Virus record (IMG/VR): IMGVR_UViG_2939311655_000001
Location: 24,577 to 88,576 of that record
DNA from: a virus
Taxonomy: Duplodnaviria; Caudoviricetes
Length of the DNA stretch: 64,000 nt
Strand: one strand, 5' to 3'
Part shown: in pieces, positions 9,509 through 18,448 of the stretch
Numbering within the stretch: the first letter of the stretch is position 1
How the letters are laid out: every line of letters begins with the position of its first letter
Notes under the pieces: generated by a model
The model's input: only the letters and a program-made list of their open reading frames with translations
The model's database searches: none
What the model was told of the DNA's origin: nothing
Made by a program: the position numbers and the translations under genes

Positions 9509-9763
9509 TCAGCGCTTCCGTTTGGATCCGCGGTTGGCCTTCGATCCTGGCCACTTTCCTGTGGCTTCGTGGAAGCGAAGCGCGCAGTATCCGCGCGCTC
9601 GCGGTCCCATGAAGCGTTGCACGCGGCTCACGCAGCGGGTGAACGAGCCGGAGCGGAGGGAGTAGCCGACGCCGGCTGCTTTGCCGCCGCTGGTGGGTCG
9701 GTCGCTCCAATAGCGGCGGCCTTCGCGGACGATGCGGCGGTTGAACTTGGCGCGGCTTGCCAC
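9509..9763 (-). CDS. Small basic hypothetical phage protein
   Basis: 84 aa with FTRCV....GYCALRFHEATGKWPG pattern; RBS AAGGAG upstream. Confidence 0.6.
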   Translation of the reverse strand: MASRAKFNRRIVREGRRYWSDRPTSGGKAAGVGYSLRSGSFTRCVSRVQRFMGPRARGYCALRFHEATGKWPGSKANRGSKRKR

Positions 9764-9769
9764 GTTGGA

Positions 9770-9991
9770 TCACTCCTTCGTTGGCGCGGGCTCCTCGATG
9801 TCGTCTGCCTCGATGTCGTCGACTCGTTCGATGTGGGCGCCGGCGTGGGCGGGTATGGCGAAGCAGATCCCGTTGGCGTCTTTGAGGGTGGCCCAGCCGT
9901 TGGTGAAGCCGAGGGTGAGGTGTGGGTCGGCGATGAGGATGTCGTCGATGGGCTTGCCGGGGCGGCGGATGAGGTAGGCGGGCACAGTCAC
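9770..9991 (-). CDS. Hypothetical protein
   Basis: GTGA-coupled ORF (PAYLIRRPG...AIPAHAGAHIERVD) within the late operon. Confidence 0.6.
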   Translation of the reverse strand: MTVPAYLIRRPGKPIDDILIADPHLTLGFTNGWATLKDANGICFAIPAHAGAHIERVDDIEADDIEEPAPTKE

Positions 9992-10236
9992 CACAGCTTC
10001 ACGGGCTGGCGCGTGAAGGCGTATTCCACTGCCCACGGATCGAGAGCAGCCAGGCCTTCGGGGATGTCTTCTTCGTCCCCCTCGCCGCAGAAGGTAGTGA
10101 CCAGGCTGATTGAAAGTTTCGGTTCCTTCGCCAGGACGAGTCCGTTGCTCACGCTATGCCTGAGCGCCGCAACGAGGGCAGCGCTCTCGGAGAGCTCGCG
10201 CCCCTCGTCCGTGAACACGAGAAGAGACATGCGCAT
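9988..10236 (-). CDS. Hypothetical protein
   Basis: 82 aa ORF filling the operon gap, preceded by GAGG. Confidence 0.45.
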   Translation of the reverse strand: MRMSLLVFTDEGRELSESAALVAALRHSVSNGLVLAKEPKLSISLVTTFCGEGDEEDIPEGLAALDPWAVEYAFTRQPVKLW

Positions 10237-10240
10237 GAGG

Positions 10241-10534
10241 TCACCTCAGTCCAGGGTGTTGTTCGGGTGGCCGTGTTCGTCCGGGCCGGCCTTTCGCTTT
10301 GGCGGCGGCTGCACCTTCACGTGCACTCTTCTGGTCATGGCATGGTCCACACACGCCTTGAAGATCCGAGTCCTCATTCAGGTCAGCCTTGGCGATGATG
10401 TGGTCGCAGAAGGCGCTGGGCCTCACGCCGCACAGGACGCAAATCCTGTCCCGTTCGAGAATCCGAGCTCGGATCTTCGACCACCCAGAGGGCAGCCGGC
10501 TGCGCCGGTCGGACCCTGTCCAGCCTCCGCTCAT
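10241..10534 (-). CDS. Packaging-associated HNH endonuclease (HK97 gp74-like)
   Basis: MSGGW.GS.RR.RLP..W..IRARIL.RD.ICVLC....DHI....LQGVCGPCHDQKS; near the terminase genes. Confidence 0.88.
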   Translation of the reverse strand: MSGGWTGSDRRSRLPSGWSKIRARILERDRICVLCGVRPSAFCDHIIAKADLNEDSDLQGVCGPCHDQKSAREGAAAAKAKGRPGRTRPPEQHPGLR

Positions 10535-10536
10535 GG

Positions 10537-11184
10537 CTACTCCTCGGGGCTGCGTTCGGTGTTGCCGTTGAGCGCGCGGAGGGTGCCGCACTGTTCGTAG
10601 GCGACGGGCGCGCTATCGGTCGTCTGCCCGGGGAAGTCGTAGTCGGAGCATTCCCAGCAGATCGTCTTGCCGCGGTGCTCGACCGGCTGGTGTAGTCGGC
10701 GGACGCGCTCGATGGCTTCAGCCTTGTCGTCGCAGTCGCGCCGGATACCGGCGACCGCGTTCCGGATGTCGTCCCAGTCGCGGAGCCGGTCCATGCCGAG
10801 TGCGTCGGTGAGGGCGGCCTTACGGTCGCCCTGGTTCTGTCCGACCGCTTCCACCACCTTGGTCTGCGCGGAGACCGCTTCGGCCATGACCGTGTCCGTG
10901 AAGCCGGTGAGGTCGGGTTCGACGCGGAGCCGGACGACATTGCCGTCTGCGGCTTCCTGGACGTGAGTGAGGGTGATCTCGTTGGCGGGGATGTCGATGG
11001 TGTCGTCGAAGACGAGGACGCCTCGGGCACCGATCTTGTCGGCGAGCTGCTGCCAGTGATCCTGCCATGACGAGTCGAGGCCGACCACGATGCGCTGGGG
11101 CATGCACTCATCGACGACGAGGACGAATGGCGGCCGGTCGTCTCCGCTGCCTTCGGGGAGTTCGAGGATCTGCAGGCGGGCCAT
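10537..11184 (-). CDS. Hypothetical protein
   Basis: MARLQILELPEG.GDDRPPFVLVVDE, coiled coil and C-terminal Cys motif; coupled to neighbours. Confidence 0.7.
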   Translation of the reverse strand: MARLQILELPEGSGDDRPPFVLVVDECMPQRIVVGLDSSWQDHWQQLADKIGARGVLVFDDTIDIPANEITLTHVQEAADGNVVRLRVEPDLTGFTDTVMAEAVSAQTKVVEAVGQNQGDRKAALTDALGMDRLRDWDDIRNAVAGIRRDCDDKAEAIERVRRLHQPVEHRGKTICWECSDYDFPGQTTDSAPVAYEQCGTLRALNGNTERSPEE

Positions 11185-11504
11185 CAGCCGGTCACCGCTT
11201 CGTAGGTGGCGGCGAAGATGTCGGGCTTGCAGGGGTAGAACTCGCCCTGAACGCCGCGGATGACGTAGTCGCCGAGGCTGACCTTCATGTCGCCTTCGAG
11301 GGTGCGGATGACGATGAGCCCGTCAGCCGGGTCGATCGTGACCCCGGCGGCGACCGGGCTGTATCCGGGGCCGTCACCGGCGGGTTGGGTGGATCCGATG
11401 TAATTCTCGACCCACTGGTAGACCTCCATGCCCTGGGTGGGGGTGGCGTCAGCGGGAAGAAGCATCGCTTCGATCTCGACTGGCTTCTTGCGGTATCGGG
11501 CCAT
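11184..11504 (-). CDS. Conserved phage protein (PGDYG-like)
   Basis: RYRKKPVEIEA...IRTLEGDM....GDYVIRGVQGEFYPCKPDIF..TYE signature. Confidence 0.85.
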   Translation of the reverse strand: MARYRKKPVEIEAMLLPADATPTQGMEVYQWVENYIGSTQPAGDGPGYSPVAAGVTIDPADGLIVIRTLEGDMKVSLGDYVIRGVQGEFYPCKPDIFAATYEAVTG

Positions 11505-11526
11505 GGCGCGGGCTCCTGGTGGTGAG

Positions 11527-11784
11527 TTACGGCTGTTCAATGAGGTGCCAGACAAGTTGTCCGCCGGGCGCGATGACCGTGCCCCGGTAGCAGGTGTCGT
11601 CTGGGATGGGGTGTCCGGTGCCGTACACGCGGTAGTGGCGGGCGGGGAGGTCGTCACGGCTCCAGGCCCAGAACTCAACGACGCGTGGGTCCCGGCAGTC
11701 GACGTGCAGTGGGGTGCTGCACCCGGTGATCTCGTGCCAGCGGTCGTCAACGGGAACCTCGTAGCGGAAGATCCGGCCGGTCAT
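11527..11784 (-). CDS. Conserved small phage protein
   Basis: MTGRIFRYEVPVDD...VEFWA...RVYGTGHPIP....YRGT....LVWHLIE. Confidence 0.7.
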   Translation of the reverse strand: MTGRIFRYEVPVDDRWHEITGCSTPLHVDCRDPRVVEFWAWSRDDLPARHYRVYGTGHPIPDDTCYRGTVIAPGGQLVWHLIEQP

Positions 11785-12140
11785 GTCAGATCCTCCCCGG
11801 GCAGTTCGACGTTCCGTCCGGCCCGTGTGCAGCGGGGGCAGATGCCGACGCTGCGGCCGGAGCCGGGCCCGTACTCGGGGTCGGGGATGCTGCCGCCGAA
11901 CTGGTGCCCGCCGTAATAGCAGGTGCAGAGGAGACAGGGCAGCCAGAAGAAGCCGTGCTTCCCGGCGTAGTCGCGGTGGATGCGGGCCCACCGTTGAGGG
12001 AGGAGCCGCACCCATTTCTCGCTCGACAGGTCGCGGGTGGTGCCGACGGACAGCGGTGGGTGGATCCCGAGACGCCAGTACCAGAGGCACTCGATCAATC
12101 CTGGGGGCCGTATGCGCATCGTGGCGGAGTACCGAGTCAT
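11781..12140 (-). CDS. Hypothetical zinc-binding protein
   Basis: FFWLPCLLC...GGHQ...GICPRCT; ATG at 12140 with GAGG RBS. Confidence 0.6.
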   Translation of the reverse strand: MTRYSATMRIRPPGLIECLWYWRLGIHPPLSVGTTRDLSSEKWVRLLPQRWARIHRDYAGKHGFFWLPCLLCTCYYGGHQFGGSIPDPEYGPGSGRSVGICPRCTRAGRNVELPGEDLT

Positions 12141-12154
12141 GGCGCGGTCCTCCG

Positions 12155-13024
12155 TCAGTCGTCGAGTGCCCGCCGGATGCCCTCTTCCAAGGTCACCGCA
12201 GGTTGGTAGTAGCCGAGCATTCGCGTCGGGTCGCACACCCGGTGGTGGACGCCTTGGAGTGCGGCTGGCAGGTGCTTGATCCGGGGCGTGTAGCCGGCTG
12301 CGGAGGTGACGTATCCGGCGAGCTGGTCGAAGCTGGTGGCGCGACCCCAGCCGAGGTTGACCGGGCCTGTGACGTCTTGGTCGACGGCGGCAAGGGTGGC
12401 GCCGACGACGTCGTCGACATGGATCCAGTCCCGCGTGCTGCGGCCGTCGCCCCAGACTTCGAACGGGTCGTCGCGGCGCTTGGCCCGGGCGATGAACGCC
12501 GGGAACGGGTAGCAGTCGTCCTGATCCTCGCCGTAGCCACTGAATGGCCTGAGCACGTGGACGCGGCACCCTTCGGCTTCGGCGACCTTGGCGAGCTGTT
12601 CGCCGACGACTTTGGCGATGCCGTAGGTGTTGTCGGGCCGGCTGATGAGGTCGAGGTCGATGTCGTCCTCGGCGAGGCGGTGGATGTCACCGGGCTGTTG
12701 CAGGTCGACGGGGTACGCCGCGCTGCTACTGAAGTACACGGCGCGCGGGGTACCGGTGCGTATGAGCCACCGGAAGTACCAGGCGTCCAGCGCGAGGTTC
12801 GTAGCAACGCCGAGGGGGCTGCCGTCGATGCTGGCACGGCCGCCGACGATGGCCGCGCAGTGGATCGCGAGGTCGTAGCCGCCGTTGTCGTAGCGGAAGA
12901 AGTCGAGGGCGTCGGAGTGGCGGCGTTCGTAGTCGACACCGAGGACGTCATGGCCGCAGGCTTCGAGGGCCTGGTGCAGGTGGCGGCCGATGAAGCCTTT
13001 GTGGCCGGTGAGCAGGACGTGCAT
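12155..13024 (-). CDS. NAD-dependent nucleotide-sugar epimerase/dehydratase (extended SDR)
   Basis: LLTGHKGFIG (GxxGxxG), HCAA, FSSSAAY, YGIAK (YxxxK), WGDG...RDWIHVDD. Confidence 0.93.
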   Translation of the reverse strand: MHVLLTGHKGFIGRHLHQALEACGHDVLGVDYERRHSDALDFFRYDNGGYDLAIHCAAIVGGRASIDGSPLGVATNLALDAWYFRWLIRTGTPRAVYFSSSAAYPVDLQQPGDIHRLAEDDIDLDLISRPDNTYGIAKVVGEQLAKVAEAEGCRVHVLRPFSGYGEDQDDCYPFPAFIARAKRRDDPFEVWGDGRSTRDWIHVDDVVGATLAAVDQDVTGPVNLGWGRATSFDQLAGYVTSAAGYTPRIKHLPAALQGVHHRVCDPTRMLGYYQPAVTLEEGIRRALDD

Positions 13025-13623
13025 CAGCTGTCCACCTTCACTGCCCGGTAGACGCCCCACGGCAGGTCGGACTCGACGGGTTCGAGCCCGAGCTCGGTGC
13101 ACGCTTCGCTCTGCTGTTGCGGGGACCAGGTGGTGACGCCGATCCAGCTGTCTGCTTCGGCCGGCGTGTCGGAGAGGGGCCAGTCGAGGACGAGGATCCC
13201 GCCGAGCTTGGTGGCGGCCCGAAGCTTGCCGATGATGTGTAGGCAGTCCTGGTGACTGTGGTGGATGAGGACGGCGAGGCTGTAGACGGCGTCCATGCGG
13301 CGGCGGCCGAGGTGCCCGGCGATGCCGTCGGCGTCGGCCTGGACGGTGGTGAGGTCGGGGGCGCGCTCTGTCAGCCGGTCAAGCATGTTCTGGGAGGAGT
13401 CGACGGCGGTCACCTCGTAGCCCAGAGCGGCGAGCGGGATGGCGACACGTCCGTCACCGGCGCCGAAGTCCATGACCTTCACCCCGTCGGGGATGACGGT
13501 GGCGAGCATGTCGGCCTGCGCCCGGCCGGAGTCCCAGTAGGCGTCCTCGGAGACCTGCCGCAGGGGGTGGATCGCGGTGGGGTCGGCCTGGTCCCACGCC
13601 TTGATGACGTCGTCGGCGGACAT
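13024..13623 (-). CDS. Class I SAM-dependent methyltransferase
   Basis: VMDFGAGDGR motif I, VTAVDSS, DAVYSLAVLIH, GGILVLD. Confidence 0.9.
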   Translation of the reverse strand: MSADDVIKAWDQADPTAIHPLRQVSEDAYWDSGRAQADMLATVIPDGVKVMDFGAGDGRVAIPLAALGYEVTAVDSSQNMLDRLTERAPDLTTVQADADGIAGHLGRRRMDAVYSLAVLIHHSHQDCLHIIGKLRAATKLGGILVLDWPLSDTPAEADSWIGVTTWSPQQQSEACTELGLEPVESDLPWGVYRAVKVDS

Positions 13624-13634
13624 GCTGTGCCTCC

Positions 13635-13976
13635 TCAGACGGGTTGGGCGAAGGATCGGCAGCCGATGATGGTGCCGCTGCTGTTGCGGACCTCGCGGTA
13701 CGGGACAAGGAGGTCACTGCGCCGGTCGGCCAGGGCGAGGGCGACGACGAGGGACACGATGTACTGGTAGCCGTCCCGCTTCGGCGGCAGGTTCTGGGCG
13801 TGCCCGAACTCGACCAGCACGGGCCACATGCCGCTGCTCACTTCGTTGGTGGCGAGCCGGGCCGGGGTGGGTTCGGGCTCGTAGACCTTCATGAGGTGCG
13901 CGTCGAGGTCGTCGCTGCCGTCTTCGCGTTCGTTCCAGTAGAGACGGATGGGGTGTGGTGTCAGGTTGAGGATCAC
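13635..13976 (-). CDS. Conserved hypothetical protein (NLTPH family)
   Basis: ILNLTPHPI...NLPP..DG..YIVSLVVA...RSDLLVP...VR...G.IIGCR. Confidence 0.75.
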   Translation of the reverse strand: MILNLTPHPIRLYWNEREDGSDDLDAHLMKVYEPEPTPARLATNEVSSGMWPVLVEFGHAQNLPPKRDGYQYIVSLVVALALADRRSDLLVPYREVRNSSGTIIGCRSFAQPV

Positions 13977-14683
13977 GGTGCCTCCTCGACGAGCTTCCGG
14001 AGCTTGGCCAGGTCGGCTTCGAGTCCGCCGTTGTCCCGGTAGTCGTAGTAGGCGGCCGAGTCGGCGGACACCATGGCGTCGGAGTTGACCTCTTCGTACC
14101 CGGCGTCGAGCTCCGCCTTGCCGTTCGCGGGATGCAGGTGCTCGATGACCATGTCGTCGAGGTACGTGATCCGCCCCATGCCCTGCCCCCAGTCGAGCCA
14201 GCAGAGGTCGAGGCAGAGGTGGACCAGCGCCGGGGGCGCCATGTAGCCGAGCGTGTCGACGATGTCGGAAGTCATGGCCACGGCAGTGGCCATGACCTCG
14301 CCCTGCAGAAGGTCGTTGCCGTAGACGATGCCGGGCCCGCCGGACAGGCACTCCCGGATCCGGGCGTCCCACGGCATGGCCGCCGGTCGGGGCCGGTGGT
14401 CGTCACCCATGAAGGCGAGGTACCGGTGCCGCTTCGACGCCTTGACCGCCTGCTGGTTCAGCGTGCCGCAGAGCCGGAGCCGCTTGCCGTACACGAACCG
14501 GAACCGGCCGTCGCCCTTCAGCTTCGCCGCTTCCGCCTTGTACCCGGCGAGCTCCGGATCGTCGGTGTCGACGGCGAACAGCAGGTCTGCGGTTGCCCCG
14601 GTGTCAGTCCATGCCTCCACCAGCGCGGTCACAGCCTGGGGTCGGCCGCGGGTCGGGATGATGACGAGCAGGTCGTCGGCCAT
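13973..14683 (-). CDS. Glycosyltransferase family 2 (GT-A fold)
   Basis: LLVIIPTRGRP, FAVD.DDP, YLAFMGDD (DxD-like), IEHLHP. Confidence 0.85.
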   Translation of the reverse strand: MADDLLVIIPTRGRPQAVTALVEAWTDTGATADLLFAVDTDDPELAGYKAEAAKLKGDGRFRFVYGKRLRLCGTLNQQAVKASKRHRYLAFMGDDHRPRPAAMPWDARIRECLSGGPGIVYGNDLLQGEVMATAVAMTSDIVDTLGYMAPPALVHLCLDLCWLDWGQGMGRITYLDDMVIEHLHPANGKAELDAGYEEVNSDAMVSADSAAYYDYRDNGGLEADLAKLRKLVEEAP

Positions 14684-14696
14684 GGCGCGGGCCCTT

Positions 14697-16907
14697 CTAC
14701 AGCTGGGTGATGACGAGGTTCCGCCAGAACGGGCGGACAGCCACGTCGGTGATGCTGCCGTTCGACAGCCCGAAGTAGGCGCCACGGTTGGTGACGTCGG
14801 CGACGACCCCGGTGGTCCAGAGGGGGTTACCGAGGCGCCGGGACTCCACCGTGGTCGGGGTGATGTCGATCTGGAACGACATGGACTGGCCGGCGACGGG
14901 CGCATCGGTCTGGACGTCAGCGCCGATCGTGATGCCGCCGGTCTGTGTGCTCAAGTGGCGGGAGAACCGCATGAACCCGTTCTGCCGGATCAGCCAGTGG
15001 TAGCCGTTGCTGGCGTTCAGGGTCGAGAATTCGTACACGTCGTCGGACGCTTTGCCGAGGTAGATCCCGCCGTGAAGGGTGAGGTCGCTGGCGCTGAGGG
15101 CGTCGTACTTCATGTCGAAGCTGATGCGATACCCGCCGGCCCCGGGGACGATGGGGCAGTAGCGGCCGAGCCCGTAGGTGCCCTTGGATCGGTTGATCGA
15201 CACCCAGCCGAGGTTGGCGCCATCCTCGAATTTGAGGGATGACGAGCTGTCGTAGTCCGTCATCGGGGTGCCGCCGGAATCCTTGATCTGGAGGTCCCAG
15301 CGGCTCGCGGTGGCCTTCGCGGTGGCGTCTCGGACGTACACGGGGTCGCTGGACATCAGCCCGACGACTCCGTCAGCCTCCAGCGCTGCACGCTGCGAGC
15401 GCCGGTAGGCAGGCCACGAGAAGACGGGCTTCCCGCGGGCAACGATCTGCTGTCGGCGCGCGGAAGGCATCGTGGTCTGAACGCCCCAGTAGTCGACTTG
15501 GGCGTCCTTTCCGTTGATCGTGGCGTCAGTGGTGGCGTCGTCGAGATAGCACCAGGTGCGGAACCCGTTCGCCTTCGGCCAGGTGAACGACGTCCCAACG
15601 TGGGCCTTCCAGATCACGGACTGGTTGGCCTGTGGATACGACGTGGCCAGCAGGTTCTGGAGGGGGACGACGGAGTCGTTGCCCTTCGGCTCCAGGAACA
15701 GGACGACGCCGCGGCCGAGGTACTTGTCGAGGATCTTGCGGAGCGGTACGAGCGGCTGGTCCGTCCAGCCCTGCCCGAGCATGACCCGTCCGTTCGTCAA
15801 CACCTTGTTGGCGAGCCCGGTCGACGGGTACGTGTTCAGGGCGCCGGCGCTGTACGTCGTGCGGTCGAGCGTGGTGTCATGGATGCACCACAGTTGCCCC
15901 TCTGAGTCGACGTTCACGGAGATCTCGAAGGCCTGGATGCCGTGGGCGACGGCGTAGTCGTAGGCGGCCTCGGTGTGTTCCGGGGCGACCATGCCGGCCC
16001 CGCGGTGACCGAAGATTTTCGTGCCGGGCTGGGCCATGAATGCGTCTACGGTGAGCAGCGCCTTGGGGAGGTAGAGGGCTGCTGCGGATGCTGCTGCTGC
16101 GCTGGTGGCCGCGGTCTGTGCTGTCGCCGCCTTGGTCGAGGCGTCGGATGAGGCCGTGCCAATCGCGGCCGTGCGAGCGGCATCAGCCTTGTTGGTCGCG
16201 TCGGTGGCCGCGGCGCTGATGGCGGCGCTTTGGGCGCCGGCGGCTTTCGCTGTGGCGTCGGTCGCGGCTGCGCTGATCGCTGCGGTTTGGGCGTTGTTGG
16301 CTTTGGCTGTGGCGTCTGTAGCTGCGGCGTTGATGGCTGCGACACGGGCGGTGGTTGCGGAGCCGGCGGGGTCGTATGCGGTGTTCGAGCGTGCGACTTC
16401 TGCGGTGATGGCGTTGTCGGTGTACTGCTCGGCATCCGCGTTGGATCCGTCGGCACCGTCGGCACCGGCGGGGCCGGCGGGGCCGGGGTCGCCTTGCGGT
16501 CCGGGCTCCCCGTCGACTCCTGGTGGGCCTTCGGGCCCGGTGATGATGATGTAGTCGCCTTCGTTGGAGGAGGCGGGGGTGATCGCGGGGAGCTTCACTG
16601 CCGGCGCGCTGGCGGGGAGTTCGGTGTAGAAGTCATCGCCCGCGGCGTCGGGAAATGCAATGACGACGCGGTAGGTGAACCCGGTGGGGTTGATGCCGGG
16701 GGCGTCGGTCGCGAGGACGGTGAGGCTGACTGCACCGTTGGCGTCGAACTTGGCCTTCGCCCGGCCCTGCACGGTGTAGCCGGTGTCAGCGGAGACGACC
16801 TTGCCGGGTACGGGGGTGATGCTGACGGACCCCTTCATGGGAGATCCGTCGGGGTGGGTGTAGGTGCCGGTGAGGGTGACGGTAGGGAGGTCGTCGGGCA
16901 GCGCCAT
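14697..16907 (-). CDS. Fibre-like protein: anchor domain, collagen repeat, Ala-rich stalk, glycerophosphodiester phosphodiesterase (GDPD) domain, C-terminal beta domain
   Basis: About ten G-X-Y triplets and 18-aa AISAAATDATAKA-type repeats. GDPD motifs IFGHRGAG..APEHT, CIHDTTLDRTT, LEPK, GLMSSDP. Confidence 0.85.
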   Translation of the reverse strand: MALPDDLPTVTLTGTYTHPDGSPMKGSVSITPVPGKVVSADTGYTVQGRAKAKFDANGAVSLTVLATDAPGINPTGFTYRVVIAFPDAAGDDFYTELPASAPAVKLPAITPASSNEGDYIIITGPEGPPGVDGEPGPQGDPGPAGPAGADGADGSNADAEQYTDNAITAEVARSNTAYDPAGSATTARVAAINAAATDATAKANNAQTAAISAAATDATAKAAGAQSAAISAAATDATNKADAARTAAIGTASSDASTKAATAQTAATSAAAASAAALYLPKALLTVDAFMAQPGTKIFGHRGAGMVAPEHTEAAYDYAVAHGIQAFEISVNVDSEGQLWCIHDTTLDRTTYSAGALNTYPSTGLANKVLTNGRVMLGQGWTDQPLVPLRKILDKYLGRGVVLFLEPKGNDSVVPLQNLLATSYPQANQSVIWKAHVGTSFTWPKANGFRTWCYLDDATTDATINGKDAQVDYWGVQTTMPSARRQQIVARGKPVFSWPAYRRSQRAALEADGVVGLMSSDPVYVRDATAKATASRWDLQIKDSGGTPMTDYDSSSSLKFEDGANLGWVSINRSKGTYGLGRYCPIVPGAGGYRISFDMKYDALSASDLTLHGGIYLGKASDDVYEFSTLNASNGYHWLIRQNGFMRFSRHLSTQTGGITIGADVQTDAPVAGQSMSFQIDITPTTVESRRLGNPLWTTGVVADVTNRGAYFGLSNGSITDVAVRPFWRNLVITQL

Positions 16908-16935
16908 AACGCACCTCCTGCCGCGGTTTCAAGAA

Positions 16936-17004
16936 ACGCCGCCGTTCCGGATTCGAACCGGTGCTGGCCAGCTATGGGCGACAGCCTTCGCCTGCCGGCG
17001 GCGT
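16936..17004 (-). ncRNA. tRNA-like structure (degenerate)
   Basis: 9-bp closing stem ACGCCGCCG/CGGCGGCGT, T-arm CCGG-TTCGAAT-CCGG and a GCTGT/ATAGC stem. No proper D-arm and no CCA end. Confidence 0.4.
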
Positions 17005-17186
17005 CCTCGTTCATGGGGTGGTGTGTCCCGCCGCCGGACGGGGGTTGACCGGCGGCGGGACGTGTCGGGGCCGGAGCGGGTCCCCGAGTCTGTGTCCGCC
17101 CGGACCCTCGACCGGGCGGACAGAGTGGGCCGAGCGCGTGGCGCATCGAGGCCCTACCTGCGCCCACCAGCGCAGGGGTTCATGGG

Positions 17187-17468
17187 TTATGCGGCATGGA
17201 CGTGCGGACCGCGACTGTTCGCTGCCGGGTCGGCGGGCTTGTACTTGGCACCGCCCGCTGCTGCCCGTTCGACGGTGGGGAGGTGGAAATATGTGCCAGC
17301 CTCGCCGTCGAGTACGGGCTCGATCTTGCCTCGGGATACCCAGACGCGGATGGTGCCGGGCTTCACGCCGACCGCTCGGGCCGCCTCCCAGAGGGTGGCG
17401 AGCTGTTCGTCTCCTTGGAGCCGTGCGAAGTGGATGTCGAGGGGGTCGGGGTTGGCGTAGGCAACCAT
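17187..17468 (-). CDS. Helix-turn-helix DNA-binding protein (MerR/excisionase-like)
   Basis: ATLWEAARAVGVKPGTIRVWVSRGKI; GGGAGG RBS before ATG 17468. Confidence 0.8.
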   Translation of the reverse strand: MVAYANPDPLDIHFARLQGDEQLATLWEAARAVGVKPGTIRVWVSRGKIEPVLDGEAGTYFHLPTVERAAAGGAKYKPADPAANSRGPHVHAA

Positions 17469-17645
17469 GGCAACCTCCCGCAGGTACGCGACAGCCCCCA
17501 CCGGTGCGTTCACGGTGGGGGCTTCGGAAGCGTGGTGTGACATGTGTGCCACGATCAAGAACAGGTTTACAGCTCGGGCCCGCTTCCGTCAAGCGAGACA
17601 CGCGGTCTGGGGTGTCGACCGGCAAGCGGAGTGAGCCGCGTCGGT

Positions 17646-18029
17646 CTAGGTCAGTACGGATTCGGCCCAGCATTCCTCAGTGCAGGTGTCGCCGTCGTGC
17701 GGCAGCCCGGCATCGTCGATGTCGCCGAACGGCACGATGCGGGCGGCGTTGAGGAACCATGCGCCTTTCGGAGTGAGCCAGGATCCGTTGATGGTGGAGC
17801 CGTGCTCGATGAGGCCCGCGGTGTCGAGTGTCGACATGACGATGTGGTGGACGGCGCCACCGCCGGTGAGGGTTTCGGCTTGGTGCCAGCGCTGGTCTTC
17901 GTAGAGGGGGCAGAGCGCGAGCAGGTCTCGGACGAGGTTGTAGGCGTCGTCGGGGTTGCCGCATCCACACAGTCCGAGGTCCACGTAGACGATCAAATTC
18001 AGGTGCTCAAGCGTGCTCTCGTTGCTCAC
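17646..18029 (-). CDS. Hypothetical protein
   Basis: LGLCGCGNPD...LIEHGSTINGSWLTPKG winged-helix-like ending. Confidence 0.7.
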   Translation of the reverse strand: MSNESTLEHLNLIVYVDLGLCGCGNPDDAYNLVRDLLALCPLYEDQRWHQAETLTGGGAVHHIVMSTLDTAGLIEHGSTINGSWLTPKGAWFLNAARIVPFGDIDDAGLPHDGDTCTEECWAESVLT

Positions 18030-18448
18030 GGCGCCCACTCCTCGCCTTTGTGGTCGGGGTGGTTGATGAACGATCGCGCAAGGATGCGGAGCGTTCGACA
18101 GGGCCAGTCCGTGGGGTATTCGTTCGGCTCGCCGCTGCCGCAGGTCTTGCAGTACTGCCGTGGGCTGCCGGGCCAGTAGCGGCCCCCGGGACTGTGCTCC
18201 TCGACGATGGCGAGCTTGACGCCGAGGTCGGCGATGACGTCGGCCGGGTCGTTGGCGGCGATGAACGTGGCGGTGTTCCGGGTCTGGTTGCTGCTGAGGG
18301 CGAAGACGTCGGCGACGAGGATGCCGTCGTGGGCGAGGACTTCTTCAGCATCGTCCGGGTTGACCTTCCACGGCCAGGGGGCTGCGGCTTCGGCGATGGC
18401 CCGCCGCTCCGCGTACCGGTCGCGGAGGAACTGGACCAGGTCGGTCAT
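18026..18448 (-). CDS. DUF6221-like protein
   Basis: MTDLVQFLRDRY.E...FIAANDPA.VIAD...K..IV..H...C..C...WPCRTLRILA..F..HPD...EW.P. Confidence 0.8.
   Translation of the reverse strand: MTDLVQFLRDRYAERRAIAEAAAPWPWKVNPDDAEEVLAHDGILVADVFALSSNQTRNTATFIAANDPADVIADLGVKLAIVEEHSPGGRYWPGSPRQYCKTCGSGEPNEYPTDWPCRTLRILARSFINHPDHKGEEWAP

Noticed and set aside
16936-17004. Functional tRNA gene
   Set aside because: No D-arm, non-canonical anticodon loop, mismatches at the T/acceptor junction and no CCA; kept only as tRNA-like.
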